From positions 1 to 64,000 of IMG/VR virus record IMGVR_UViG_3300030108_006260: a stretch of DNA of 64,000 nucleotides, one strand, 5' to 3'. Position 1 is the stretch's first letter, and every line of letters begins with the position of its first letter. Shown here in pieces: positions 1 to 8,945 of the stretch. Both the position numbers and the translations under genes were made by a program. Under the pieces are notes generated by a model. It made no database searches. It saw only the letters and a program-made list of their open reading frames with translations, and was not told where the DNA came from.

Positions 1-162
1 CCCGCCACGGGGGATAAGAGTAGCAGTACCCGACTTGAAGAAGCCCCACACCACAAAAATAATAGACTTTTCCGTGGTACAGTAGGTAATGTCTACTTGA
101 ATGCCTTGTCGAAGAAGAGCCTCGATGAAAGGGTGAACAAGAGTGTCCTTTGACTCACTCAC
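1..162 (-). CDS. partial hypothetical protein running off the window edge
   Basis: Open frame read by hand from a GTG at 162 (VSESKDTLVHPFIEALLRQG...) to position 1; overlaps the stop of the upstream gene. Confidence 0.5.
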   Translation of the reverse strand, partial: MSESKDTLVHPFIEALLRQGIQVDITYCTTEKSIIFVVWGFFKSGTATLIPRGG

Positions 163-745
163 CTGGGACCTCCTTGATCCCAAACAAATGGCAGAATCGA
201 TCGAACATATCCTTGTTAGAGAAGAATACAAAGTTATTGGATTCTTCTACCCAGCCCACTGTGTCATTGTCGAAGTCACGGATCGGGTCTAGAGCTGCAT
301 CACATCCGTAAAAGTTCTTGATGTAGGATTCGTAGGCTCCTGACGCGATGTCCTTGGCTCGTTCTACGTAAAGACTGTGCCTCACCTTAGGAGCGATTCC
401 CCAGATAGTCACGTCCTCAGGAGAAGGGGCCTTCTCTCCCTTTTTCAGGTACTTTCTAAGGGAGTTCAGCTTACGCTGACTTGGCGACAGACTAAAGGTG
501 AAGGTCTGGAGTTGCCCGTCCTTTGCTCTAGAAGAAAGAGCGGAGAAGGTAGAGGAGAGCTGACCGAACTCATATTCCGCAGCTCCCATGTACTTCAAAG
601 TACACACACTGTGGAGTAGATCCCATAGTTCGTCGCTACACGTGTGGAATCCGCCGAATGCACGGGCCACATCTTTGAGCTTGGATTTTTGGAGTGGAAG
701 AGGGTTCTCCAGCTCCTGTACCAGGAAGGTGCTTGCTAGGTTCAT
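155..745 (-). CDS. hypothetical phage protein (196 aa)
   Basis: Long ORF on the coding strand; promoter-like motif 5 nt upstream of ATG. Confidence 0.75.
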   Translation of the reverse strand: MNLASTFLVQELENPLPLQKSKLKDVARAFGGFHTCSDELWDLLHSVCTLKYMGAAEYEFGQLSSTFSALSSRAKDGQLQTFTFSLSPSQRKLNSLRKYLKKGEKAPSPEDVTIWGIAPKVRHSLYVERAKDIASGAYESYIKNFYGCDAALDPIRDFDNDTVGWVEESNNFVFFSNKDMFDRFCHLFGIKEVPGE

Positions 746-750
746 GTCAT

Positions 751-767
751 CTACTATCAGAAGGGTT
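751..767 (-). promoter_or_regulatory. phage promoter-like motif copy (consensus TAACCCTTCTCATAGTAG)
   Basis: Plus strand ctactatcagaagggtt, directly upstream of the ATG at 745. Confidence 0.7.
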
Positions 768-769
768 GT

Positions 770-1378
770 TCATCCTGGAAGAGACTTGGGTAGGAGAGGA
801 AGGAACCCGCCGCCACTACCAAGACGCGGAGCCAAGAACGGAGCCATCTCTTCTACCTTATCCTTGAGGTGATCAGTTTCCGCCATAAAGGACTCGAAGG
901 TGTCTTTCTCTCCGTACACTTGAGTGGACAGGTCTAGGTCATACGTCTCAATGACATACCTGGAAATAAGTAGACCCATCAGAGGGGCGCCACCGCTCAT
1001 GCAGTCGTAGAAGTTATAGCCAATCCAGTGGGAAAGAGCTGTAACAGGATCTAGTTTAAGAAGGTCTACTGACACTTGAATGGACTTGGTGAACTTAACA
1101 AACCCGTCAATATCATGAGTAAGTTTGCTTACATTCTCGTCATAAACAGAACCCGCGTACATAGTTCGGATACCTTCTCTTTCGTCCACTTCTCTCGATA
1201 GGACAAGGTGAGGATCCATAAACGGTCCAGTGTTTAGACGAACACCTGCCTCTTTGGCTGCATTAATGATGCTCTCTTCACGGGAGATCTCTCTGTCAGA
1301 ATAGAAAACCCACTCATCGTTGTTCGACATGTTAGAGAACTCGACGATGTTACGCCACTTTTTAGGTTTGGATAGCAT
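770..1378 (-). CDS. hypothetical protein (202 aa)
   Basis: Long ORF tiling the coding strand. Confidence 0.7.
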   Translation of the reverse strand: MLSKPKKWRNIVEFSNMSNNDEWVFYSDREISREESIINAAKEAGVRLNTGPFMDPHLVLSREVDEREGIRTMYAGSVYDENVSKLTHDIDGFVKFTKSIQVSVDLLKLDPVTALSHWIGYNFYDCMSGGAPLMGLLISRYVIETYDLDLSTQVYGEKDTFESFMAETDHLKDKVEEMAPFLAPRLGSGGGFLPLLPKSLPG

Positions 1379-1389
1379 ACTTCTTTTTC

Positions 1390-2058
1390 CTACTTAGGAA
1401 TTACAACGTGTATTTTTTCGAGACCAGCAGACTGTGCTCCCTTGAGACGGTGATGCCCGTCGATAAGAGTCATGTCTGAATCCACCAGAACTCCTGCTGT
1501 CCATGCCTTTTCTTTAACGAGGTAAGAATAGTGGTAGTCGCGAGCGGCACGCAGCTTTTCTTTGTTTGCGCGTACATCTTCGATGGGAACGAGTTTCGTA
1601 TGCCACTTCTCTACAGAAGCAAGGCGCTCAAGAACATACCCGTACTCCATAAATAGAAGTCGGCGCACCCTATCCGCACTGCTTCCTGCCTGAAAGTACT
1701 GAGCGTCATCAGTAGCCTTAGAGACAAAATCGTGGGTGAAAGAAGTAGAAGAGACCTCTTCACCGTAGTACCCAGGAAGAATAGATACGTTAATATCACT
1801 CTTGTTGATCGACTTACGCATGTACAAGGAAAAGAACCGGAACAATAGGATCCTATCCAGCATAGACATTCCCTTAGTTCCGTAGAACGATCGAGTGGCC
1901 TCGTATGTGTTATAGGGGGACATTTCTTCCAAGTCCCACCCTACAACTCTAGTACACCTACACATGTAGTCACACTCTCCCGTGCAAGGAGAATATCGCA
2001 CATCTAGGTTGATTGATCGTCTCCCACGAAGAGAGGAGTCGTTGAACTGCATGGTCAT
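1390..2058 (-). CDS. protein with C-terminal ParB/sulfiredoxin-like domain
   Basis: C-terminal LIDGHHRL motif typical of ParB-N/Srx domains. Confidence 0.65.
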   Translation of the reverse strand: MTMQFNDSSLRGRRSINLDVRYSPCTGECDYMCRCTRVVGWDLEEMSPYNTYEATRSFYGTKGMSMLDRILLFRFFSLYMRKSINKSDINVSILPGYYGEEVSSTSFTHDFVSKATDDAQYFQAGSSADRVRRLLFMEYGYVLERLASVEKWHTKLVPIEDVRANKEKLRAARDYHYSYLVKEKAWTAGVLVDSDMTLIDGHHRLKGAQSAGLEKIHVVIPK

Positions 2059-2063
2059 GTCAG

Positions 2064-2080
2064 CTACTATCGGAAGGGTT
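2064..2080 (-). promoter_or_regulatory. phage promoter-like motif copy
   Basis: ctactatcggaagggtt, 5 nt upstream of the ATG at 2058. Confidence 0.7.
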
Positions 2081-2085
2081 GTGGG

Positions 2086-2313
2086 CTACTGCTTCTTCTG
2101 TTTTTCCCACTTAGAGAAGACCAAGTCTGAAGATGTCCGAGCATCCAGATTCACGTGAGCATAGCAGCGGTAGGGAAAGGATTTAACCACAAAGGGAACG
2201 TCTTCATGTGGAATGCGAACTTCTCGTGTGGGGCACCACCCCGGTACTATGGCAGTATAATTATTTCTGCCCTTTGAATAGATACGAACTAGCTGACGGT
2301 ACGTCTTAGGCAC
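2086..2313 (-). CDS. small hypothetical protein
   Basis: ORF on the coding strand. Confidence 0.6.
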   Translation of the reverse strand: MPKTYRQLVRIYSKGRNNYTAIVPGWCPTREVRIPHEDVPFVVKSFPYRCYAHVNLDARTSSDLVFSKWEKQKKQ

Positions 2314-2457
2314 CAGGTACTTTTCCTTCTACCCAGTCCATGAGGTCCTTAGGCAGGCTCCGATACACAATCTCTTGTCCTTGGTCTCGTGCGTGGTCGA
2401 TTCCGTACTTCATTCCACGGGATATCCCAAGGTCCTGATACACTACCGTCCGCAAAA

Positions 2458-3093
2458 CTAGTTACCTCTGATTCTATCCCAGCTACGAAGAACAGTGCTT
2501 CTGACTTCATCCAATACACCAATGCCGCGAGTATTTTCATTATGAATAAGCATGAAGGAAAGACCTTGCTCCAGGGCATCATCAATAGCACGGTGGCTAT
2601 GAGGCAACATGGATGCCCATCTACGGGGCCAGCTCCCTTTACCTGAGTGTAGGACGGTCTTTTTCCTCATGCCGGACACGTAGCTCCTCATGTCCAGACA
2701 ACTAAATCCAAAAGGACTTCCCCCAGTAAACTTCTTCATGTACCAGTACATGAACGTAAAATCAAATCCGGAGGGGTAGCAAACCATTACCTTTTTACCA
2801 ACAAAGGAGTTTACCCAGGTTACGTACTCAGTCATGGCAACAGAGGGGTCTACTCTATTTTGAAGTACGTACGCAAGGGCCTCTGGTTCCTTGTCCCAAA
2901 AGTTGACTGTAGTATCCACATCAGGGTAAGCGCCTGGAAGAGGTAGTGTGTTTCTCTCGAAAGATCCTACTACCTCACCTGACTCCCTGAAAACTACAGA
3001 AGCGAAAGAAAGCATAGAGTTCTGGCCAGGGAGAGGGCCGTCTGTTTCTATGTCAGTAGAGAAATATAGGACCTCATTCTTCGAATTACTCAC
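2458..3093 (-). CDS. DEDD/DnaQ-like 3'-5' exonuclease
   Basis: STDIETDGP (ExoI), FDFTF (ExoII), HRAIDDA (ExoIII) motifs. Confidence 0.85.
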   Translation of the reverse strand: MSNSKNEVLYFSTDIETDGPLPGQNSMLSFASVVFRESGEVVGSFERNTLPLPGAYPDVDTTVNFWDKEPEALAYVLQNRVDPSVAMTEYVTWVNSFVGKKVMVCYPSGFDFTFMYWYMKKFTGGSPFGFSCLDMRSYVSGMRKKTVLHSGKGSWPRRWASMLPHSHRAIDDALEQGLSFMLIHNENTRGIGVLDEVRSTVLRSWDRIRGN

Positions 3094-3097
3094 AGAT

Positions 3098-3316
3098 CTA
3101 TACCTCTTCTACAATCCTATAATGGCATCCTCCCTTGAGGACTTTGACGTCTTGTCTTCCGCCTAAGATCACTCTGACTACTTTGCCATCGAGTGAGCCT
3201 GTGCACTGAGCTACTTCGCATAGTGCCTTAGAGAAGCATGCTGCATTGAATGTCCCATCATTACCGCCATAAATCTTGGTGGCACGCTCCATACAGAGCC
3301 TTATTATGTCATTCAT
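3098..3316 (-). CDS. small hypothetical protein
   Basis: ORF on the coding strand. Confidence 0.6.
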   Translation of the reverse strand: MNDIIRLCMERATKIYGGNDGTFNAACFSKALCEVAQCTGSLDGKVVRVILGGRQDVKVLKGGCHYRIVEEV

Positions 3317-3374
3317 TTATCATGCTTTCTTGAATCCTACCTAGTGTAAGAAAGTATGTCGGATGTAGAAGTCA

Positions 3375-3644
3375 CTACTTCCATTCAGGGTAAGAGGACT
3401 TGATTGCGTTGTGTACTAACTTCCAAACACTGTATGCGTTTCTGGCATAGTCTTCGACTCTACCTACCCGTGTGGTTTTGATGTCGTTCCAAGATCGGGC
3501 AGGGTTAGAACCCTTTCTGGCAACCTTGACGTCGTAGTTGCCTCTTCTTCCGTGGGTGGTACCGTCATTGGCTATGTACATCCTGCCAATTTCGGAAACC
3601 TTTCCTGTTATGGCAGACCACAACTCTATCTTAACAACAATCAT
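3375..3644 (-). CDS. hypothetical protein (start moved to MIVVKIELW, downstream of the tRNA)
   Basis: The ORF-track N-terminus overlaps tRNA-Leu; ATG at 3644 fits. Confidence 0.65.
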   Translation of the reverse strand: MIVVKIELWSAITGKVSEIGRMYIANDGTTHGRRGNYDVKVARKGSNPARSWNDIKTTRVGRVEDYARNAYSVWKLVHNAIKSSYPEWK

Positions 3645-3664
3645 TCTCGTCTCAGAATATAAAA

Positions 3665-3752
3665 TGGTGGGGCCGGTGGGATTCGAACCCACATGACTTA
3701 TTAGGTCGGAAGATTTTAAGTCTCCTGCGTCAGCCAGTTGCGCCACGACCCC
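3665..3752 (-). tRNA. tRNA-Leu(TAA)
   Basis: Cloverleaf GGGGTCG...; anticodon arm GGAGA-CTTAAAA-TCTTC; long variable arm; GGTTCGAATCC T-loop; encoded ACCA. Confidence 0.95.
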
Positions 3753-3781
3753 TAAACTTGTACTAAATGATACTAGCGCAT

Positions 3782-4069
3782 CTACTCCGTTGTGTCCAGG
3801 CTTTTTACGTTAAAAGCAATGTCGGTCCACCTGCCCACTCTAGATCTACCTTTTGATTGGTCCTCCTCAAGCGCGATCCAACCAATAGAGGCAAGGGCAT
3901 CCATAGCCCACACGTTAGGTGCCACACAGTGGGAGTACAGATAATAGTCAGGCTCGTCAGATTCAGGGTATTGGCTCGACACCGTACAATGGTGGGAAAC
4001 CATACCAGCAAGGGCCAGAGCCATGTCCTCCCTGAACTTTTTATCTTGGCGTTCTTTTTGGTCTGTCAT
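3782..4069 (-). CDS. hypothetical protein
   Basis: ORF on the coding strand. Confidence 0.65.
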   Translation of the reverse strand: MTDQKERQDKKFREDMALALAGMVSHHCTVSSQYPESDEPDYYLYSHCVAPNVWAMDALASIGWIALEEDQSKGRSRVGRWTDIAFNVKSLDTTE

Positions 4070-4096
4070 TCACTACAGCGATTCGTGTAAAGAAGC

Positions 4097-4465
4097 TCAC
4101 TTTGACTCTAGTAGTCTGAGGGTCTTTTCCAGAAGCTCCAGGTTTTCCTTCTGGTCCTTACTGGTCTTCTGGATCATGACACGGATTCCCTCTGCTAGGG
4201 CATAGTTTGAAGGAGTATCAAAGAAGTACCCAGCACAATCTCTGTCGAACTCATCACCGTAAATGCGTAGCGCATCTCCGGGTGTGTAGCATGCTTCGTA
4301 GTCCGCTCGGGCGAAGAAAAACGGCATCCTTTTACCTCCAGGACCCGAGAGGGTCTCTACAGAGTAGTGGCCGCTCTCGTTGTTCCTCATAAGGCGGAAG
4401 GTTGCGATTTCCTGGTCTTCTTCCTCAAGGTTGTTTTCTACTTGGGTACTATTTTCTACGGTCAT
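4097..4465 (-). CDS. hypothetical protein
   Basis: ORF abutting the upstream gene. Confidence 0.7.
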   Translation of the reverse strand: MTVENSTQVENNLEEEDQEIATFRLMRNNESGHYSVETLSGPGGKRMPFFFARADYEACYTPGDALRIYGDEFDRDCAGYFFDTPSNYALAEGIRVMIQKTSKDQKENLELLEKTLRLLESK

Positions 4466-5269
4466 TTAATATTCTCCATCTTTATCTACAGATCGTGATT
4501 CACTCCTCTTCTTCCACAGAAGAGTGTTGACCTCATGCTTAGCATTTACATGATCAATCAGATGCCCCAAGATCGTGTCTAGGAAATCAAATTCCTCATT
4601 CTGGGCAGCTTCGTTTAGGAGCTGACTTACATCGTTAATGTCCATGTACGTGAGTTCTTTAATCTTATTAGGACGCACAAACAGGAGTGGGTGACTGTTT
4701 TTTGAATTCTTGTGGTCCTCTACTGCCTTAGACATACCATTGGAATACTCGCAGAGATCTTTGAGGAACAATGATGGGTCTCGGAGAATTTTACCTACGA
4801 AGAGAACAGGAGCATTTCTCCTGAAGATTGCCACAGGTACGTAACATTCTGCCGCATACATTTCCTGGTGGGAACCTTCTTCACAGAAAGGTCCGAACGT
4901 AACAACTGACTCTCCGTTTGCGTCCCATCCACCTTTGTCCCAGCAGGACCTGTATTCGAATATCTCTTGATGAGGTGTGTAGGCTCTCGTTAGGATACTA
5001 GGATCCGCCTTACCCTCACCGTAGTTTTCCTTATCGTACTCTTTGAGCATCTCTTCGTAAGGAAGGGCAGCGTCGTCCTTTGGAGTGAATAGCCAGACAC
5101 TGTGGACTGCATCAGCTGCTTCGTCATCCCAGTACTGGGCAACGAAAAGAACACCCGTTTGTGCCTCCTCGTTGCCCTCGAATACCAAATCCGCGTATGC
5201 CTTTGCAGGACCCGTTAGCCACTTATTTCGAAGAATCTCTGCTTCTTCGACACTCATACTTCTATTCAT
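4466..5269 (-). CDS. hypothetical protein, paralog of 49131-49970
   Basis: Shared block (W/Y)LTGP.K.Y...V.QY(W/Y).DEA.DAVH; start placed at the ATGA overlap with the upstream stop. Confidence 0.75.
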   Translation of the reverse strand: MNRSMSVEEAEILRNKWLTGPAKAYADLVFEGNEEAQTGVLFVAQYWDDEAADAVHSVWLFTPKDDAALPYEEMLKEYDKENYGEGKADPSILTRAYTPHQEIFEYRSCWDKGGWDANGESVVTFGPFCEEGSHQEMYAAECYVPVAIFRRNAPVLFVGKILRDPSLFLKDLCEYSNGMSKAVEDHKNSKNSHPLLFVRPNKIKELTYMDINDVSQLLNEAAQNEEFDFLDTILGHLIDHVNAKHEVNTLLWKKRSESRSVDKDGEY

Positions 5270-5928
5270 GATCTGAACCAATCTACTTGTTGACTGCGTT
5301 GTTCTTGACTTAGCTTGTGCATGTAGCACTCTACTACAAGAGGAGTACCCTCTCTCATTTTTTCTTTAGCCCACATAAATCCGAAAGAACCATCCTCGGT
5401 CATCGGTTGGTGGGTGTCATGTCTCCCCTGGTTGGTGGACACGTGTACCTCGACAATGTTGTCGTAATCTTGAAGGGACTCCCACGTTTTCATCTCCATG
5501 GCCCCTTGCTCTAGTTGTATAAAAATGTGAGACACATCAACAACAAGAGGAAGATTTGCTCTCATTGCCTCTGTGACAGAGCCCTCTCCTTCTCCTGTAC
5601 CCATCCCGTAAGATCCGTACATTGTTTCAAAAGATCGGTCCTGCTCCATCCACTCCGACGTAAGAGGACGTGTCGGGGGATGTACGGTGGCACCTTCCAT
5701 AGCGACACACGTATTTCCTTCCCACACTTTTCTCTTTATTCTATCCCATTCAAATCCGTGGTGTACCAGGTAAGGAATGTTTTTATCGAGGAACTTTTCC
5801 TTAAAGTCTGATAGTGGAACGTTTCCTGGAGTGAGCTGGATCCCATCAGGAGACAAGGACATAAGGTCGTCCACGGCCTCCTCAGATCTTCTACCTTGTA
5901 GGCATGACAGCGCTAAGTACAGCATCAC
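5266..5928 (-). CDS. possible TIM-barrel (AP endonuclease/xylose isomerase-like) protein
   Basis: Pattern VVDVSHIFI...VEVHVSTNQGRHDTH resembles metal-binding D-H / E-H / D-H of AP2-like barrels; fold inferred. Confidence 0.45.
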   Translation of the reverse strand: MMLYLALSCLQGRRSEEAVDDLMSLSPDGIQLTPGNVPLSDFKEKFLDKNIPYLVHHGFEWDRIKRKVWEGNTCVAMEGATVHPPTRPLTSEWMEQDRSFETMYGSYGMGTGEGEGSVTEAMRANLPLVVDVSHIFIQLEQGAMEMKTWESLQDYDNIVEVHVSTNQGRHDTHQPMTEDGSFGFMWAKEKMREGTPLVVECYMHKLSQEQRSQQVDWFRS

Positions 5929-6314
5929 ACAATCACAAATCTACTAGCGTCATAGACCCGGTCCCCTGCGGTGTCCCAGGGGTATACTGTGACCTCTTCA
6001 CCTCGGAGGTTCCTGTATTTGGACCCAGCACTAACTAGCATCTTTCCTATTCCTCGTCTGCGCATTTTTCTCTCTACGTAGACACTCCCTATCCTGTTTT
6101 GAGGGGAGTTTTTAATAATGCAGAACCAGCCCACAATGGTTCGGCTGTTATCCTCAGCCACCCAAACGTGCTCTATCTTACCTGAGTAAAGAGATTCATA
6201 CATCAACGAATGATCTCGCCCCCATCCTCCGTTCGTTAGGAACCGGAGGCGGTTGTGCACAACAGGGTCGTTATACACCCGTTTGAGTGAAATCTTTCGT
6301 ACTTTGATAGACAC
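5925..6314 (-). CDS. GNAT-family acetyltransferase
   Basis: Motif A VYVERKMRRRGIGKML. Confidence 0.8.
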   Translation of the reverse strand: MSIKVRKISLKRVYNDPVVHNRLRFLTNGGWGRDHSLMYESLYSGKIEHVWVAEDNSRTIVGWFCIIKNSPQNRIGSVYVERKMRRRGIGKMLVSAGSKYRNLRGEEVTVYPWDTAGDRVYDASRFVIV

Positions 6315-6317
6315 AGG

Positions 6318-6590
6318 CTACTCCTGAAGTGCTTCTAGCGTCTTTAGAATGTACTCTGCCTTAGCAGAGCCACTTTTTCCAAGGGGCTGTCCTGTATGGA
6401 TGTCACACCAGTCCGAATAGCTGACTGCATTGTCTAGACGGACAGCAGTGATACGCTCACTGAAAAACAGAAACTTCCTCTGTGTCCAGGATACAACCGC
6501 ATTCTTTCCAGATCGAATGAGAGAAATCTTAGAGGATTTTTCTTCCTCGTGTGTGACAATCTCTGCTTTGGTTCGATATGCCATTACCAC
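6318..6590 (-). CDS. hypothetical protein
   Basis: ORF on the coding strand. Confidence 0.6.
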   Translation of the reverse strand: MVMAYRTKAEIVTHEEEKSSKISLIRSGKNAVVSWTQRKFLFFSERITAVRLDNAVSYSDWCDIHTGQPLGKSGSAKAEYILKTLEALQE

Positions 6591-7099
6591 TCGGAACAGG
6601 CAATGTACCCAGCGTCAGACACAGATGTCAAGGGAATTTCGTAATCTTCCTCGCCCTCGTCATACCTAATTTTAACGTTACTCGCCTCAGGAAAGCTTAG
6701 TTCTTCGATGACCACATCATAGAAGCTGGTTAGACCCAGGTCTTCCGCAACGTAGCCAGAGTCCTCCCAGGATTTCTTCATGAGGGCAGTTGCTTCTTCG
6801 AGGGAAGGAGCAATGATCCAATGGAGGGCCCCGTCATCAGCACGCCAGTACTTCCGGCTCTTATTTTCTTTGGACAAAGCTGGAAGTCCGTAGTTATCGG
6901 GAAGGGGTTCTGACCAGAAGTAACCCCGCCACTTGCTAGGAGTGTAGAGTCCTCCCGAGGGAAGCCCAACAACGGTAATAACGTCACCAGGATCTCCTAG
7001 TACACCCATCGTAGGGTACCTGCCTGGAGCCTCTGGCATGGCCAGTGTCCACTTACCCGAGTGAAATCTGGTCCACTCTTCTTTTTGTTTTCGGTTCAT
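6584..7099 (-). CDS. hypothetical protein
   Basis: Start MNRKQKEEW follows an AGGA SD and a promoter motif. Confidence 0.7.
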   Translation of the reverse strand: MNRKQKEEWTRFHSGKWTLAMPEAPGRYPTMGVLGDPGDVITVVGLPSGGLYTPSKWRGYFWSEPLPDNYGLPALSKENKSRKYWRADDGALHWIIAPSLEEATALMKKSWEDSGYVAEDLGLTSFYDVVIEELSFPEASNVKIRYDEGEEDYEIPLTSVSDAGYIACSEW

Positions 7100-7119
7100 T
7101 GGGGTCCTTTCTTCCTTTT

Positions 7120-7137
7120 CTACTATGAGAAGGGTTA
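7120..7137 (-). promoter_or_regulatory. phage promoter-like motif copy
   Basis: ctactatgagaagggtta. Confidence 0.75.
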
Positions 7138-7764
7138 CCACATAGTGGAGCTGTCTTTGACCTCAAACCCATGAGGAGGCTCGCCATATACTTCCATGGC
7201 AACCGTCATAAACTTCTTGAGTTCGTGGCATCTGTTCTTACGTCTTGCGTAGTCATGCTCGGCGTATTCAATTTTTCGGTGAAGGTACTTATTTTCTCCT
7301 TCTCGCCACTCCTCAAAAGTGATGTTTTTTGGTTCGTCGTTAGTAGTCATCCTCAAATTCCAGGCTATGCCCTCTTTGAGTTGCTTCACTACTGTTTCAT
7401 GGAACTCACGAAGAACTTCAGGTACGGCCGATGCCTGCTCCTCTATCTTGTTCTTCAAAGACTCAACCCTATTGATTTCTTCTTGGATACGAGATCCTAG
7501 ACTATCGTGTTCCCCGTTTCTTTCAACAAGGTTTTCCTTCCACTCTTCTCGGAGCTGACTTTCTGTCTTGGCAAGAAAAGCATCAAGGTCTGCGATTGCT
7601 TCCTTGATTTTCTCTTTCTCGAAGTCCTCATTCCAGTTATAAAAAACAATGGGGTCTTCTCTTCCAGCATCCCTCCGGTTCAAACCGATGTGGTGCCAAA
7701 AGTACTCTCTGACAGTGGTGATGCTGCCGTCAGCAACTGCGTGTGAGAATCCGGTCCAGGACAT
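7135..7764 (-). CDS. hypothetical coiled-coil protein
   Basis: Long charged helical ORF. Confidence 0.7.
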   Translation of the reverse strand: MSWTGFSHAVADGSITTVREYFWHHIGLNRRDAGREDPIVFYNWNEDFEKEKIKEAIADLDAFLAKTESQLREEWKENLVERNGEHDSLGSRIQEEINRVESLKNKIEEQASAVPEVLREFHETVVKQLKEGIAWNLRMTTNDEPKNITFEEWREGENKYLHRKIEYAEHDYARRKNRCHELKKFMTVAMEVYGEPPHGFEVKDSSTMW

Positions 7765-8378
7765 TACTTTACTCCGTTAAATCTTACTTTTTCGTGCATC
7801 CAATGGGTGGAAGTCTGCACATGGTTTTTTCTTACGTATTTTGCTACAAGAGAAGAGAACTGATCAAAACTAAATGAAGAGGTAGGTCGAACTACGTACC
7901 CCTCCTTACCACTGATATCAATTTGGTCCAGCATGTCCTTACTAAAAGGACCTTGGTAGAGAACAGGGACAGGAGAAATATCCATCATGGACAGGTAGTC
8001 CAATGTGTCTGACCAAGACAGACACGTATTCGTTTCATCCCATACGGAGAACGCCAGGAATATATGGGGTAGCTCCGTGTACTCGATCGAGTGGACAGCC
8101 GTAAGATTCTCCCCGCAGACTCTCCACCCTGAGGGTATGTTTCCTTGAATACTTGAGTGGAATGCTTTGATCTTTGTCCTGGATTCGTGGGGCCTATAGT
8201 TCAATGAGCGGGCATGTATCCCATCGGAGTAAAGAGAAGTATTCTCCCCATCCATCTTTTCAGTAACAACTACTTCCCCCGAGTCTTCGAGAGGAGTCAG
8301 GTCCGAGAGGATCTTATCGTCGTTAGTAGCCCCAGGACTCCAAGGAAGATGATAGGTTCTAGGGTACTTGATCCACAT
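7764..8378 (-). CDS. RNA ligase family protein (ATP-dependent nucleotidyltransferase)
   Basis: KYPRTYHLPWSPG N-terminus, motif I TEKMDGEN, CGENL, EGYVVR. Confidence 0.85.
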   Translation of the reverse strand: MWIKYPRTYHLPWSPGATNDDKILSDLTPLEDSGEVVVTEKMDGENTSLYSDGIHARSLNYRPHESRTKIKAFHSSIQGNIPSGWRVCGENLTAVHSIEYTELPHIFLAFSVWDETNTCLSWSDTLDYLSMMDISPVPVLYQGPFSKDMLDQIDISGKEGYVVRPTSSFSFDQFSSLVAKYVRKNHVQTSTHWMHEKVRFNGVK

Positions 8379-8637
8379 CTTTACGTGTATTCTTATCGCC
8401 AAAGACAGGCTCTGACACGTGAGCTACGTACCACTCAGTCTCCGTCACAGCCGCAGCCATGAAGAATCCCATGGCTACAGTTGAAACAAACCCGAAGAAC
8501 CAGTACTCGGTGCCCCACAGGTAGAGAAGAGCAGGAATGATCAAGAGGAAGCCGCAAAAGAAGATGACTATCGACCACATGAAAAGAGATACTGTCAGTC
8601 GAACCGCCTTGGCAGCCAATGCGTGTAGGTTGATCAT
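8359..8637 (-). CDS. small membrane protein (2 TM)
   Basis: Two hydrophobic stretches; start moved to MINLHAL. Confidence 0.6.
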   Translation of the reverse strand: MINLHALAAKAVRLTVSLFMWSIVIFFCGFLLIIPALLYLWGTEYWFFGFVSTVAMGFFMAAAVTETEWYVAHVSEPVFGDKNTRKDVDQVP

Positions 8638-8755
8638 AAGACTTTCTATTAGATGTATTGTTGGTAGATCTGGCAGGACTTGCACCTGCACTCCCGTGAG
8701 GGAACTGGGGTTTGAATCCAGCGAGTCTTCTAATTTCTCCACAGATCCTTGTCGG

Positions 8756-8843
8756 TAGGAACGGAGGGGCTCGAACCCTCAAGAGCCGTTAGGCTCACTA
8801 GATCCTTAGTCTAGCGTGTCTTCCAAAATTCCACCACGTTCCC
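8756..8843 (-). tRNA. tRNA-Leu(AAG)
   Basis: GGGAACG/CGTTCCT acceptor, A73; anticodon arm CTAGA-CTAAGGA-TCTAG; long variable arm; GGTTCGAGCCC T-loop. Confidence 0.9.
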
Positions 8844-8844
8844 G

Positions 8845-8917
8845 TAGACCCACCAGGACTCGAACCTGGAACGAACCGGTTATGAGCCGGCGACTCTAAC
8901 CATTGAGCTATGGGTCC
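8845..8917 (-). tRNA. tRNA-Ile2/Met(CAT)
   Basis: GGACCCATAGCTCAATGGTTAGAG...CCGG-CTCATAA-CCGG...GGTTCGAGTCC; paired 1:72 so elongator type, Ile2-like. Confidence 0.9.
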
Positions 8918-8945
8918 TTAAGCAAAGGTACTGTTACACAGATTA

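Noticed and set aside
8435-8782. ORFs translated through tRNA genes (also the 3645-3746 extension, 46115-46330 and 58293-58496)
   Set aside because: They overlap well-formed tRNA or ncRNA structures; translation artefacts.
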